64,000 nucleotides of DNA from Azolla caroliniana (lineage: Eukaryota > Plantae > Polypodiophyta): contig JBHGNT010000150.1 of NCBI GenBank assembly GCA_043228905.1, forward strand, positions 1 through 64,000. Reading direction: 5' to 3'. How positions within the stretch are numbered: position 1 is the first letter of the stretch; each line of letters begins with the position of its first letter. This document shows, piece by piece, positions 13,842 to 28,781 of this stretch. Below the pieces are notes generated by a model. It made no database searches, had not been told where the DNA came from, and worked only from the letters and a program-made list of their open reading frames with translations. A program made the translations under genes and the position numbers.

Positions 13842-16800
13842 AAATGTTCATACCTGGCTCGTGTGATATCGGAATTTTGTGTTCAAACATGCGAAACGAA
13901 GCTAACAACGCTAGCTATGATATGAAATTAAAAGATCAAGATTTTGAAACTCAGGTCGAGAGACATGACGAAATTACCAAATTTGAATAGTGAGTTGAGC
14001 GGAGCCCTTGAGTAAATGAAAATGTTCATACCTGGTTCGTGTGATATCGGATTTTTGTGTTCAAACATGCAAAACGAAGCTAACAACGCTAGCTATGATA
14101 TGGAATTAAAAAATCAAGATTTTGAAACTCAGGTCGAGAGACATGACGAAATTAGCAAATTGGAGGAGTGAGTTGAGAAGAGCTAGTAGGTAAATGAAAA
14201 TGTTCATACCTGGCTCGTGTGATATCGGACTTTTGTGTTCAACCATGCGAAACGAAGCTAACAACGCTAGCTATGATATGAAATTAAAAGATCAAGATTT
14301 TGAAACTCAGGTCGAGAGACATGACGAAATTACCAAATTTGAGTAGTGAGTTGAGAGGAGCTCTTGAGTAAATGAAAATGTTCATACCTGGCTCGTGTGA
14401 TATCGGATTTTTGTGTTCAAACATGCGAATCGAAGCGAACAACGCTAGCTATGAGATAGAATTAAAAAATCAAGATTTTGAAACTCAGGTCGAAAGACAT
14501 GACGAAATTAGCAAATTTGAGTAGTGGGTTGAGGGGAGCCCTTGAGTAAATTAAAATGTTCATACTTGGTTCGTGTGATATCGGATTTTTGTGTTCAAAC
14601 ATGCGATTCGAAGCTAACAACGCTAGCTATGATATGGAATTAAAAAATCAAGATTTTGAAACTCAGGTCGAGAGACATGACGAAATTAGCAAATTTGAGG
14701 AGTGAGTTGAGAAGAGCTAGTAGGTAAATTAAAATGTTCATACCTGGCTCGTGTGATATCGGATTTTTGTGTTCAAACATGCGAAACGAAGCTAACAATG
14801 CTAGCTATGATATGAAATTAAAAGATCAAGATTTTGAAACTCAGGTCGAGAGACATGACGAAATTACCAAATTTGAATAGTGAGTTGAGAGGAGCCCTTG
14901 AGTAAATGAAAATGTTCATACCTGGCTCGTGTGATATCGGATTTTTGTGTTCAAACATGCGAAACGAAGCTAACAACGCTAGCTATGATATGGAATTAAA
15001 AAATCAAGATTTTGAAACTCAGGTCGAGAGACATGACGAAATTAGCAAATTGGAGGAGTGAGTTGAGAAGAGCTAGTAGGTAAATGAAAATGTTCATACC
15101 TGGCTCGTGTGATATCGGACTTTTGTGTTCAAACATGCGAAACGAAGCTAACAACGCTAGCTATGATATGAAATTAAAAGATCAAGATTTTGAAACTCAG
15201 GTCGAGAGACATGACGAAATTACCAAATTTGAGTAGTGAGTTGAGAGGAGCTCTTGAGTAAATGAAAATGTTCATACCTGGCTCGTGTGATATCGGATTT
15301 TTGTGTTCAAACATGCGAAACGAAGCTAACAACGCTAGCTATGATATGGAATTAAAAAATTAAGATTTTGAAACTCAGGTCGAGAGACATGACGAAATTA
15401 GCAAATTGGAGGAGTGAGTTGAGAAGAGCTAGTAGGTAAATGAAAATGTTCATACCTGGCTCGTTTGATATCGGATTTTTGTGTTCAAACATGCGAAACG
15501 AAGCTAACAACGCTAGCTATGATATGAAATTAAAAGATCAAGATTTTGAAACTCAGGTCGAGAGACATGACGAAATTACCAAATTTGAGTAGTGAGTTGA
15601 GAGGAGCTCTTGAGTAAATGAAAATGTTCATACCTGGCTCGTGTGATATCGGATTTTTGTGTTCAAACATGCGAATCGAAGCTAACAACGCTAGCTATGA
15701 TATGAAATTAAAAGATCAAGATTTTGAAACTCAGGTCGAGAGACATGACGAAATTACCAAATTTGAATAGTGAGTTGAGAGGAGCCCTTGAGTAAATGAA
15801 AATGTTCATACCTGGTTCGTGTGATATCGGATTTTTGTGTTCAAACATGCAAAACGAAGCTAACAACGCTAGCTATGATATGGAATTAAAAAATCAAGAT
15901 TTTGAAACTCAGGTCGAGAGACATGACGAAATTAGCAAATTGGAGGAGTGAGTTGAGAAGAGCTCTTGAGTAAATGAAAATGTTCATACCTGGCTCGTGT
16001 GATATCGGATTTTTGTGTTCAAACATGCGAAACGAAGCTAACAACGCTAGCTATGATATGGAATTAAAAGATCAAGATTTTGAAACTCAGGTCGAGAGAC
16101 ATGACGAAATTACCAAATTTGAGTAGTGAGTTGAGAGGAGCTCTTGAGTAAATGAAAATGTTCATACCTGGCTCGTGTGATATCGGAATTTTGTGTTCAA
16201 ACATGCGAAACGAAGCTAACAACGCTAGCTATGATATGAAATTAAAAGATCAAGATTTTGAAACTCAGGTCGAGAGACATGACGAAATTACCAAATTTGA
16301 ATAGTGAGTTGAGCGGAGCCCTTGAGTAAATGAAAATGTTCATACCTGGTTCGTGTGATATCGGATTTTTGTGTTCAAACATGCAAAACGAAGCTAACAA
16401 CGCTAGCTATGATATGGAATTAAAAAATCAAGATTTTGAAACTCAGGTCGAGAGACATGACGAAATTAGCAAATTGGAGGAGTGAGTTGAGAAGAGCTAG
16501 TAGGTAAATGAAAATGTTCATACCTGGCTCGTGTGATATCGGACTTTTGTGTTCAACCATGCGAAACGAAGCTAACAACGCTAGCTATGATATGAAATTA
16601 AAAGATCAAGATTTTGAAACTCAGGTCGAGAGACATGACGAAATTACCAAATTTGAGTAGTGAGTTGAGAGGAGCTCTTGAGTAAATGAAAATGTTCATA
16701 CCTGGCTCGTGTGATATCGGATTTTTGTGTTCAAACATGCGAATCGAAGCGAACAACGCTAGCTATGAGATAGAATTAAAAAATCAAGATTTTGAAACTC

Positions 16801-18500
16801 AGGTCGAAAGACATGACGAAATTAGCAAATTTGAGTAGTGAGTTGAGGGGAGCCCTTGAGTAAATTAAAATGTTCATACTTGGTTCGTGTGATATCGGAT
16901 TTTTGTGTTCAAACATGCGATTCGAAGCTAACAACGCTAGCTATGATATGGAATTAAAAAATCAAGATTTTGAAACTCAGGTCGAGAGACATGACGAAAT
17001 TAGCAAATTTGAGGAGTGAGTTGAGAAGAGCTAGTAGGTAAATTAAAATGTTCATACCTGGCTCGTGTGATATCGGATTTTTGTGTTCAAACATGCGAAA
17101 CGAAGCTAACAATGCTAGCTATGATATGAAATTAAAAGATCAAGATTTTGAAACTCAGGTCGAGAGACATGACGAAATTACCAAATTTGAATAGTGAGTT
17201 GAGAGGAGCCCTTGAGTAAATGAAAATGTTCATACCTGGCTCGTGTGATATCGGATTTTTGTGTTCAAACATGCGAAACGAAGCTAACAACGCTAGCTAT
17301 GATATGGAATTAAAAAATCAAGATTTTGAAACTCAGGTCGAGAGACATGACGAAATTAGCAAATTGGAGGAGTGAGTTGAGAAGAGCTAGTAGGTAAATG
17401 AAAATGTTCATACCTGGCTCGTGTGATATCGGACTTTTGTGTTCAAACATGCGAAACGAAGCTAACAACGCTAGCTATGATATGAAATTAAAAGATCAAG
17501 ATTTTGAAACTCAGGTCGAGAGACATGACGAAATTACCAAATTTGAGTAGTGAGTTGAGAGGAGCTCTTGAGTAAATGAAAATGTTCATACCTGGCTCGT
17601 GTGATATCGGATTTTTGTGTTCAAACATGCGAAACGAAGCTAACAACGCTAGCTATGATATGGAATTAAAAAATTAAGATTTTGAAACTCAGGTCGAGAG
17701 ACATGACGAAATTAGCAAATTGGAGGAGTGAGTTGAGAAGAGCTAGTAGGTAAATGAAAATGTTCATACCTGGCTCGTTTGATATCGGATTTTTGTGTTC
17801 AAACATGCGAAACGAAGCTAACAACGCTAGCTATGATATGAAATTAAAAGATCAAGATTTTGAAACTCAGGTCGAGAGACATGACGAAATTACCAAATTT
17901 GAGTAGTGAGTTGAGAGGAGCTCTTGAGTAAATGAAAATGTTCATACCTGGCTCGTGTGATATCGGATTTTTGTGTTCAAACATGCGAATCGAAGCTAAC
18001 AACGCTAGCTATGATATGAAATTAAAAGATCAAGATTTTGAAACTCAGGTCGAGAGACATGACGAAATTACCAAATTTGAATAGTGAGTTGAGAGGAGCC
18101 CTTGAGTAAATGAAAATGTTCATACCTGGTTCGTGTGATATCGGATTTTTGTGTTCAAACATGCAAAACGAAGCTAACAACGCTAGCTATGATATGGAAT
18201 TAAAAAATCAAGATTTTGAAACTCAGGTCGAGAGACATGACGAAATTAGCAAATTGGAGGAGTGAGTTGAGAAGAGCTCTTGAGTAAATGAAAATGTTCA
18301 TACCTGGCTCGTGTGATATCGGATTTTTGTGTTCAAACATGCGAAACGAAGCTAACAACGCTAGCTATGATATGGAATTAAAAGATCAAGATTTTGAAAC
18401 TCAGGTCGAGAGACATGACGAAATTACCAAATTTGAGTAGTGAGTTGAGAGGAGCTCTTGAGTAAATGAAAATGTTCATACCTGGCTCGTGTGATATCGG
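13842..18500. repeat. Tandem duplication of a 13-monomer (2,314-bp) block
   Basis: Rare variants are paired at offset 2314: GAGCGGAG 14000/16314, ATGCAAAAC 14071/16385 and 15851/18165, AATGCTAG 14797/17111. Confidence 0.85.
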
Positions 18501-21500
18501 ATTTTTGTGTTCAAACCTGCGAATCGAAGCGAACAACGCTAGCTATGAGATAGAATTAAAAAATCAAGATTTTGAAACTCAGGTCGAAAGACATGACGAA
18601 ATTAGCAAATTTGAGTAGTGAGTTGAGGGGAGCCCTTGAGTAAATTAAAATGTTCATACTTGGTTCGTGTGATATCGGATTTTTGTGTTCAAACATGCGA
18701 TTCGAAGCTAACAACGCTAGCTATGATATGGAATTAAAAAATCAAGATTTTGAAACTCAGGTCGAGAGACATGACGAAATTAGCAAATTTGAGGAGTGAG
18801 TTGAGAAGAGCTAGTAGGTAAATTAAAATGTTCATACCTGGCTCGTGTGATATCGGAATTTTGTGTTCAAACATGCGAAACGAAGCTAACAACGCTAGCT
18901 ATGATATGAAATTAAAAGATCAAGATTTTGAAACTCAGGTCGAGAGATATGACGAAATTACCAAATTTGAATAGTGAGTTGAGAGGAGCCCTTGAGTAAA
19001 TGAAAATGTTCATACTTGGCTCGTGTGATATCGGATTTTTGTGTTCAAACATGCGAAACGAAGCTAACAACGCTAGCTATGATATGGAATTAAAAAATTA
19101 AGATTTTGAAACTCAGGTCGAGAGACATGACGAAATTAGCAAATTGGAGGAGTGAGTTGAGAAGAGCTAGTAGGTAAATGAAAATGTTCATACCTGGCTC
19201 GTTTGATATCGGATTTTTGTGTTCAAACATGCGAAACGAAGCTAACAACGCTAGCTATGATATGAAATTAAAAGATCAAGATTTTGAAACTCAGGTCGAG
19301 AGACATGACGAAATTACCAAATTTGAGTAGTGAGTTGAGAGGAGCTCTTGAGTAAATGAAAATGTTCATACCTGGCTCGTGTGATATCGGATTTTTGTGT
19401 TCAAACATGCGAATCGAAGCTAACAACGCTAGCTATGATATGAAATTAAAAGATCAAGATTTTGAAACTCAGGTCGAGAGACATGACGAAATTACCAAAT
19501 TTGAATAGTGAGTTGAGAGGAGCCCTTGAGTAAATGAAAATGTTCATACCTGGCTCGTGTGATATCGGATTTTTGTGTTCAAACATGCGAAACGAAGCTA
19601 ACAACGCTAGCTATGATATGGAATTAAAAAATCAAGATTTTGAAACTCAGGTCGAGAGACATGACGAAATTAGCAAATTGGAGGAGTGAGTTGAGAAGAG
19701 CTAGTAGGTAAATGAAAATGTTCATACCTGGCTCGTGTGATATCGGACTTTTGTGTTCAAACATGCGAAACGAAGCTAACAACGCTAGCTATGATATGAA
19801 ATTAAAAGATCAAGATTTTGAAACTCAGGTCGAGAGACATGACGAAATTACCAAATTTGAGTAGTGAGTTGAGAGGAGCTCTTGAGTAAATGAAAATGTT
19901 CATACCTGGCTCGTGTGATATCGGATTTTTGTGTTCAAACATGCGAATCGAAGCGAACAACGCTAGCTATGAGATAGAATTAAAAAATCAAGATTTTGAA
20001 ACTCAGGTCGAAAGACATGACGAAATTAGCAAATTTGAGTAGTGAGTTGAGGGGAGCCCTTGAGTAAATTAAAATGTTCATACTTGGTTCGTGTGATATC
20101 GGATTTTTGTGTTCAAACATGCGATTCGAAGCTAACAACGCTAGCTATGATATGGAATTAAAAAATCAAGATTTTGAAACTCAGGTCGAGAGACATGACG
20201 AAATTAGCAAATTTGAGGAGTGAGTTGAGAAGAGCTAGTAGGTAAATTAAAATGTTCATACCTGGCTCGTGTGATATCGGATTTTTGTGTTCAAACATGC
20301 GATTCGAAGCTAACAACGCTAGCTATGATATGGAATTAAAAAATCAAGATTTTGAAACTCAGGTCGAGAGACATGACGAAATTAGCAAATTGGAGGAGTG
20401 AGTTGAGAAGAGCTAGTAGGTAAATGAAAATGTTCATACCTGGCTCGTGTGATATCGGACTTTTGTGTTCAAACATGCGAAACGAAGCTAACAACGCTAG
20501 CTATGATATGAAATTAAAAGATCAAGATTTTGAAACTCAGGTCGAGAGACATGACGAAATTACCAAATTTGAGTAGTGAGTTGAGAGGAGCTCTTGAGTA
20601 AATGAAAATGTTCATACCTGGCTCGTGTGATATCGGATTTTTGTGTTCAAACATGCGAATCGAAGCTAACAACGCTAGCTATGATATGAAATTAAAAGAT
20701 CAAGATTTTGAAACTCAGGTCGAGAGACATGACGAAATTAGCAAATTGGAGGAGTGAGTTGAGAAGAGCTAGTAGGTAAATGAAAATGTTCATACCTGGC
20801 TCGTGTGATATCGGACTTTTGTGTTCAACCATGCGAAACGAAGCTAACAACGCTAGCTATGATATGAAATTAAAAGATCAAGATTTTGAAACTCAGGTCG
20901 AGAGACATGACGAAATTACCAAATTTGAGTAGTGAGTTGAGAGGAGCTCTTGAGTAAATGAAAATGTTCATACCTGGCTCGTGTGATATCGGATTTTTGT
21001 GTTCAAACATGCGAATCGAAGCGAACAACGCTAGCTATGAGATAGAATTAAAAAATCAAGATTTTGAAACTCAGGTCGAAAGACATGACGAAATTAGCAA
21101 ATTTGAGTAGTGAGTTGAGGGGAGCCCTTGAGTAAATTAAAATGTTCATACTTGGTTCGTGTGATATCGGATTTTTGTGTTCAAACATGCGATTCGAAGC
21201 TAACAACGCTAGCTATGATATGGAATTAAAAAATCAAGATTTTGAAACTCAGGTCGAGAGACATGACGAAATTAGCAAATTTGAGGAGTGAGTTGAGAAG
21301 AGCTAGTAGGTAAATTAAAATGTTCATACCTGGCTCGTGTGATATCGGATTTTTGTGTTCAAACATGCGAAACGAAGCTAACAACGCTAGCTATGATATG
21401 AAATTAAAAGATCAAGATTTTGAAACTCAGGTCGAGAGACATGACGAAATTACCAAATTTGAGTAGTGAGTTGAGAGGAGCTCTTGAGTAAATGAAAATG

Positions 21501-24500
21501 TTCATACCTGGCTCGTGTGATATCGGATTTTTGTGTTCAAACATGCGAATCGAAGCGAACAACGCTAGCTATGAGATAGAATTAAAAAATCAAGATTTTG
21601 AAACTCAGGTCGAAAGACATGACGAAATTAGCAAATTTGAGTAGTGAGTTGAGGGGAGCCCTTGAGTAAATTAAAATGTTCATACTTGGTTCGTGTGATA
21701 TCGGATTTTTGTGTTCAAACATGCGATTCGAAGCTAACAACGCTAGCTATGATATGGAATTAAAAAATCAAGATTTTGAAACTCAGGTCGAGAGACATGA
21801 CGAAATTAGCAAATTTGAGGAGTGAGTTGAGAAGAGCTAGTAGGTAAATTAAAATGTTCATACCTGGCTCGTGTGATATCGGATTTTTGTGTTCAAACAT
21901 GCGATTCGAAGCTAACAACGCTAGCTATGATATGGAATTAAAAAATCAAGATTTTGAAACTCAGGTCGAGAGACATGACGAAATTAGCAAATTGGAGGAG
22001 TGAGTTGAGAAGAGCTAGTAGGTAAATGAAAATGTTCATACCTGGCTCGTGTGATATCGGACTTTTGTGTTCAAACATGCGAAACGAAGCTAACAACGCT
22101 AGCTATGATATGAAATTAAAAGATCAAGATTTTGAAACTCAGGTCGAGAGACATGACGAAATTACCAAATTTGAGTAGTGAGTTGAGAGGAGCTCTTGAG
22201 TAAATGAAAATGTTCATACCTGGCTCGTGTGATATCGGATTTTTGTGTTCAAACATGCGAATCGAAGCTAACAACGCTAGCTATGATATGAAATTAAAAG
22301 ATCAAGATTTTGAAACTCAGGTCGAGAGACATGACGAAATTAGCAAATTTGAATAGTGAGTTGAGGGGAGCCCTTGAGTAAATGAAAATGTTCATACCTG
22401 GCTCGTGTGATATCGGATTTTTGTGTTCAAACATGCGAAACGAAGCTAACAACGCTAGCTATGATATGGAATTAAAAAATCAAGATTTTGAAACTCAGGT
22501 CGAGAGACATGACGAAATTACCAAATTTGAATAGTGAGTTGAGAGGAGCCCTTGAGTAAATGAAAATGTTCATACCTGGTTCGTGTGATATCGGATTTTT
22601 GTGTTCAAACATGCGAAACGAAGCTAACAACGCTAGCTATGATATGGAATTAAAAAATCAAGATTTTGAAACTCAGGTCGAGAGACATGACGAAATTAGC
22701 AAATTGGAGGAGTGAGTTGAGAAGAGCTAGTAGGTAAATGAAAATGTTCATACCTGGCTCGTGTGATATCGGACTTTTGTGTTCAACCATGCGAAACGAA
22801 GCTAACAACGCTAGCTATGATATGAAATTAAAAGATCAAGATTTTGAAACTCAGGTCGAGAGACATGACGAAATTACCAAATTTGAGTAGTGAGTTGAGA
22901 GGAGCTCTTGAGTAAATGAAAATGTTCATACCTGGCTCGTGTGATATCGGATTTTTGTGTTCAAACATGCGAATCGAAGCGAACAACGCTAGCTATGAGA
23001 TAGAATTAAAAAATCAAGATTTTGAAACTCAGGTCGAAAGACATGACGAAATTAGCAAATTTGAGTAGTGAGTTGAGGGGAGCCCTTGAGTAAATTAAAA
23101 TGTTCATACTTGGTTCGTGTGATATCGGATTTTTGTGTTCAAACATGCGATTCGAAGCTAACAACGCTAGCTATGATATGGAATTAAAAAATCAAGATTT
23201 TGAAACTCAGGTCGAGAGACATGACGAAATTAGCAAATTTGAGGAGTGAGTTGAGAAGAGCTAGTAGGTAAATTAAAATGTTCATACCTGGCTCGTGTGA
23301 TATCGGATTTTTGTGTTCAAACATGCGAAACGAAGCTAACAACGCTAGCTATGATATGAAATTAAAAGATCAAGATTTTGAAACTCAGGTCGAGAGACAT
23401 GACGAAATTACCAAATTTGAGTAGTGAGTTGAGAGGAGCTCTTGAGTAAATGAAAATGTTCATACCTGGCTCGTGTGATATCGGATTTTTGTGTTCAAAC
23501 ATGCGAATCGAAGCTAACAACGCTAGCTATGATATGAAATTAAAAGATCAAGATTTTGAAACTCAGGTCGAGAGACATGACGAAATTAACAAATTTGAAT
23601 AGTGAGTTGAGGGGAGCCCTTGAGTAAATGAAAATGTTCATACCTGGCTCGTGTGATATCGGATTTTTGTGTTCAAACATGCGAAACGAAGCTAACAACG
23701 CTAGCTATGATATGGAATTAAAAAATCAAGATTTTGAAACTCAGGTCGAGAGACATGACGAAATTAGCAAATTTGAGGAGTGAGTTGAGAGGAGCCCTTG
23801 AGTAAATGAAAATGTTCATACCTGGCTCGTGTGATATCGGATTTTTGTGTTCAAACATGCGAAACGAAGCTAACAACGCTAGCTATGATATGGAATTAAA
23901 AAATCAAGATTTTGAAACTCAGGTCGAGAGACATGACGAAATTAGCAAATTGGAGGAGTGAGTTGAGAAGAGCTAGTAGGTAAATGAAAATGTTCATACC
24001 TGGCTCGTGTGATATCGGACTTTTGTGTTCAACCATGCGAAACGAAGCTAACAACGCTAGCTATGATATGAAATTAAAAGATCAAGATTTTGAAACTCAG
24101 GTCGAGAGACATGACGAAATTACCAAATTTGAGTAGTGAGTTGAGAGGAGCTCTTGAGTAAATGAAAATGTTCATACCTGGCTCGTGTGATATCGGATTT
24201 TTGTGTTCAAACATGCGAATCGAAGCGAACAACGCTAGCTATGAGATAGAATTAAAAAATCAAGATTTTGAAACTCAGGTCGAAAGACATGACGAAATTA
24301 GCAAATTTGAGTAGTGAGTTGAGGGGAGCCCTTGAGTAAATTAAAATGTTCATACTTGGTTCGTGTGATATCGGATTTTTGTGTTCAAACATGCGATTCG
24401 AAGCTAACAACGCTAGCTATGATATGGAATTAAAAAATCAAGATTTTGAAACTCAGGTCGAGAGACATGACGAAATTAGCAAATTTGAGGAGTGAGTTGA

Positions 24501-27500
24501 GAAGAGCTAGTAGGTAAATGAAAATGTTCATACCTGGCTCGTGTGATATCGGATTTTTGTGTTCAAACATGCGAAACGAAGCTAACAACGCTAGCTATGA
24601 TATGAAATTAAAAGATCAAGATTTTGAAACTCAGGTCGAGAGACATGACGAAATTACCAAATTTGAGTAGTGAGTTGAGAGGAGCTCTTGAGTAAATGAA
24701 AATGTTCATACCTGGCTCGTGTGATATCGGATTTTTGTGTTCAAACATGCGAATCGAAGCTAACAACGCTAGCTATGATATGAAATTAAAAGATCAAGAT
24801 TTTGAAACTCAGGTCAAGAGACATGACGAAATTACCAAATTTGAATAGTGAGTTGAGGGGAGCCCTTGAGTAAATGAAAATGTTCATACCTGGCTCGTGT
24901 GATATCGGATTTTTGTGTTCAAACATGCGAAACGAAGCTAACAACGCTAGCTATGATATGGAATTAAAAAATCAAGATTTTGAAACTCAGGTCGAGAGAC
25001 ATGACGAAATTACCAAATTTGAATAGTGAGTTGAGAGGAGCCCTTGAGTAAATGAAAATGTTCATACCTGGTTCGTGTGATATCGGATTTTTGTGTTCAA
25101 ACATGCGAAACGAAGCTAACAACGCTAGCTATGATATGGAATTAAAAAATCAAGATTTTGAAACTCAGGTCGAGAGACATGACGAAATTAGCAAATTGGA
25201 GGAGTGAGTTGAGAAGAGCTAGTAGGTAAATGAAAATGTTCATACCTGGCTCGTGTGATATCGGACTTTTGTGTTCAACCATGCGAAACGAAGCTAACAA
25301 CGCTAGCTATGATATGAAATTAAAAGATCAAGATTTTGAAACTCAGGTCGAGAGACATGACAAAATTACCAAATTTGAGTAGTGAGTTGAGAGGAGCTCT
25401 TGAGTAAATGAAAATGTTCATACCTGGCTCGTGTGATATCGGATTTTTGTGTTCAAACATGCGAATCGAAGCGAACAACGCTAGCTATGAGATAGAATTA
25501 AAAAATCAAGATTTTGAAACTCAGGTCGAAAGACATGACGAAATTAGCAAATTTGAGTAGTGAGTTGAGGGGAGCCCTTGAGTAAATTAAAATGTTCATA
25601 CTTGGTTCGTGTGATATCGGATTTTTGTGTTCAAACATGCGATTCGAAGCTAACAACGCTAGCTATGATATGGAATTAAAAAATCAAGATTTTGAAACTC
25701 AGGTCGAGAGACATGACGAAATTAGCAAATTTGAGGAGTGAGTTGAGAAGAGCTAGTAGGTAAATTAAAATGTTCATACCTGGCTCGTGTGATATCGGAT
25801 TTTTGTGTTCAAACATGCGAAACGAAGCTAACAACGCTAGCTATGATATGAAATTAAAAGATCAAGATTTTGAAACTCAGGTCGAGAGACATGACGAAAT
25901 TACCAAATTTGAATAGTGAGTTGAGAGGAGCCCTTGAGTAAATGAAAATGTTCATACCTGGCTCGTGTGATATCGGATTTTTGTGTTCAAACATGCGAAA
26001 CGAAGCTAACAACGCTAGCTATGATATGGAATTAAAAAATCAAGATTTTGAAACTCAGGTCGACAGACATGACGAAATTAGCAAATTGGAGGAGTGAGTT
26101 GAGAAGAGCTAGTAGGTAAATGAAAATGTTCATACCTGGCTCGTGTGATATCGGACTTTTGTGTTCAAACATGCGAAACGAAGCTAACAACGCTAGCTAT
26201 GATATGAAATTAAAAGATCAAGATTTTGAAACTCAGGTCGAGAGACATGACGAAATTACCAAATTTGAGTAGTGAGTTGAGAGGAGCTCTTGAGTAAATG
26301 AAAATGTTCATACCTGGCTCGTGTGATATCGGATTTTTGTGTTCAAACATGCGAAACGAAGCTAACAACGCTAGCTATGATATGGAATTAAAAAATCAAG
26401 ATTTTGAAACTCAGGTCGAGAGACATGACGAAATTAGCAAATTGGAGGAGTGAGTTTAGAAGAGCTAGTAGGTAAATGAAAATGTTCATACCTGGCTCGT
26501 GTGATATCGGATTTTTGTGTTCAAACATGCGAAACGAAGCTAACAACGCTAGCTATGATATGAAATTAAAAGATCAAGATTTTGAAACTCAGGTCGAGAG
26601 ACATGACGAAATTACCAAATTTGAGTAGTGAGTTGAGAGGAGCCCTTGAGTAAATGAAAATGTTCATACCTGGCTCGTGTGATATCGGATTTTTGTGTTC
26701 AAACATGCGAATCGAAGCTAACAACGCTAGCTATGATATGAAATTAAAAGATCAAGATTTTGAAACTCAGGTCGAGAGACATGACGAAATTAGCAAATTG
26801 GAGGAGTGAGTTGAGAAGAGCTAGTAGGTAAATGAAAATGTTCATACCTGGCTCGTGTGATATCGGACTTTTGTGTTCAAACATGCGAAACGAAGCTAAC
26901 AACGCTAGCTATGATATGAAATTAAAAGATCAAGATTTTGAAACTCAGGTCGAGAGACATGACGAAATTACCAAATTTGAGTAGTGAGTTGAGAGGAGCT
27001 CTTGAGTAAATGAAAATGTTCATACCTGGCTCGTGTGATATCGGATTTTTGTGTTCAAACATGCGAAACGAAGCTAACAACGCTAGCTATGATATGGAAT
27101 TAAAAGATCAAGATTTTGAAACTCAGGTCGAGAGACATGACGAAATTACCAAATTTGAGTAGTGAGTTGAGAGGAGCTCTTGAGTAAATGAAAATGTTCA
27201 TACCTGGCTCGTGTGATATCGGATTTTTGTGTTCAAACATGCGAATCGAAGCGAACAACGCTAGCTATGAGATAGAATTAAAAAATCAAGATTTTGAAAC
27301 TCAGGTCGAAAGACATGACGAAATTAGCAAATTTGAGTAGTGAGTTGAGGGGAGCCCTTGAGTAAATTAAAATGTTCATACTTGGTTCGTGTGATATCGG
27401 ATTTTTGTGTTCAAACATGCGATTCGAAGCTAACAACGCTAGCTATGATATGGAATTAAAAAATCAAGATTTTGAAACTCAGGTCGAGAGACATGACGAA

Positions 27501-28781
27501 ATTAGCAAATTTGAGGAGTGAGTTGAGAAGAGCTAGTAGGTAAATTAAAATGTTCATACCTGGCTCGTGTGATATCGGAATTTTGTGTTCAAACATGCGA
27601 AACGAAGCTAACAACGCTAGCTATGATATGAAATTAAAAGATCAAGATTTTGAAACTCAGGTCGAGAGATATGACGAAATTACCAAATTTGAATAGTGAG
27701 TTGAGAGGAGCCCTTGAGTAAATGAAAATGTTCATACTTGGCTCGTGTGATATCGGATTTTTGTGTTCAAACATGCGAAACGAAGCTAACAACGCTAGCT
27801 ATGATATGGAATTAAAAAATTAAGATTTTGAAACTCAGGTCGAGAGACATGACGAAATTAGCAAATTGGAGGAGTGAGTTGAGAAGAGCTAGTAGGTAAA
27901 TGAAAATGTTCATACCTGGCTCGTTTGATATCGGATTTTTGTGTTCAAACATGCGAAACGAAGCTAACAACGCTAGCTATGATATGAAATTAAAAGATCA
28001 AGATTTTGAAACTCAGGTCGAGAGACATGACGAAATTACCAAATTTGAGTAGTGAGTTGAGAGGAGCTCTTGAGTAAATGAAAATGTTCATACCTGGCTC
28101 GTGTGATATCGGATTTTTGTGTTCAAACATGCGAATCGAAGCTAACAACGCTAGCTATGATATGAAATTAAAAGATCAAGATTTTGAAACTCAGGTCGAG
28201 AGACATGACGAAATTACCAAATTTGAATAGTGAGTTGAGAGGAGCCCTTGAGTAAATGAAAATGTTCATACCTGGCTCGTGTGATATCGGATTTTTGTGT
28301 TCAAACATGCGAAACGAAGCTAACAACGCTAGCTATGATATGGAATTAAAAAATCAAGATTTTGAAACTCAGGTCGAGAGACATGACGAAATTAGCAAAT
28401 TTGAGGAGTGAGTTGAGAAGAGCTAGTAGGTAAATTAAAATGTTCATACCTGGCTCGTGTGATATCGGATTTTTGTGTTCAAACATGCGATTCGAAGCTA
28501 ACAACGCTAGCTATGATATGGAATTAAAAAATCAAGATTTTGAAACTCAGGTCGAGAGACATGACGAAATTAGCAAATTGGAGGAGTGAGTTGAAAAGAG
28601 CTAGTAGGTAAATGAAAATGTTCATACCTGGCTCGTGTGATATCGGACTTTTGTGTTCAAACATGCGAAACGAAACTAACAACGCTAGCTATGATATGAA
28701 ATTAAAAGATCAAGATTTTGAAACTCAGGTCGAGAGACATGACGAAATTACCAAATTTGAGTAGTGAGTTGAGAGGAGCTC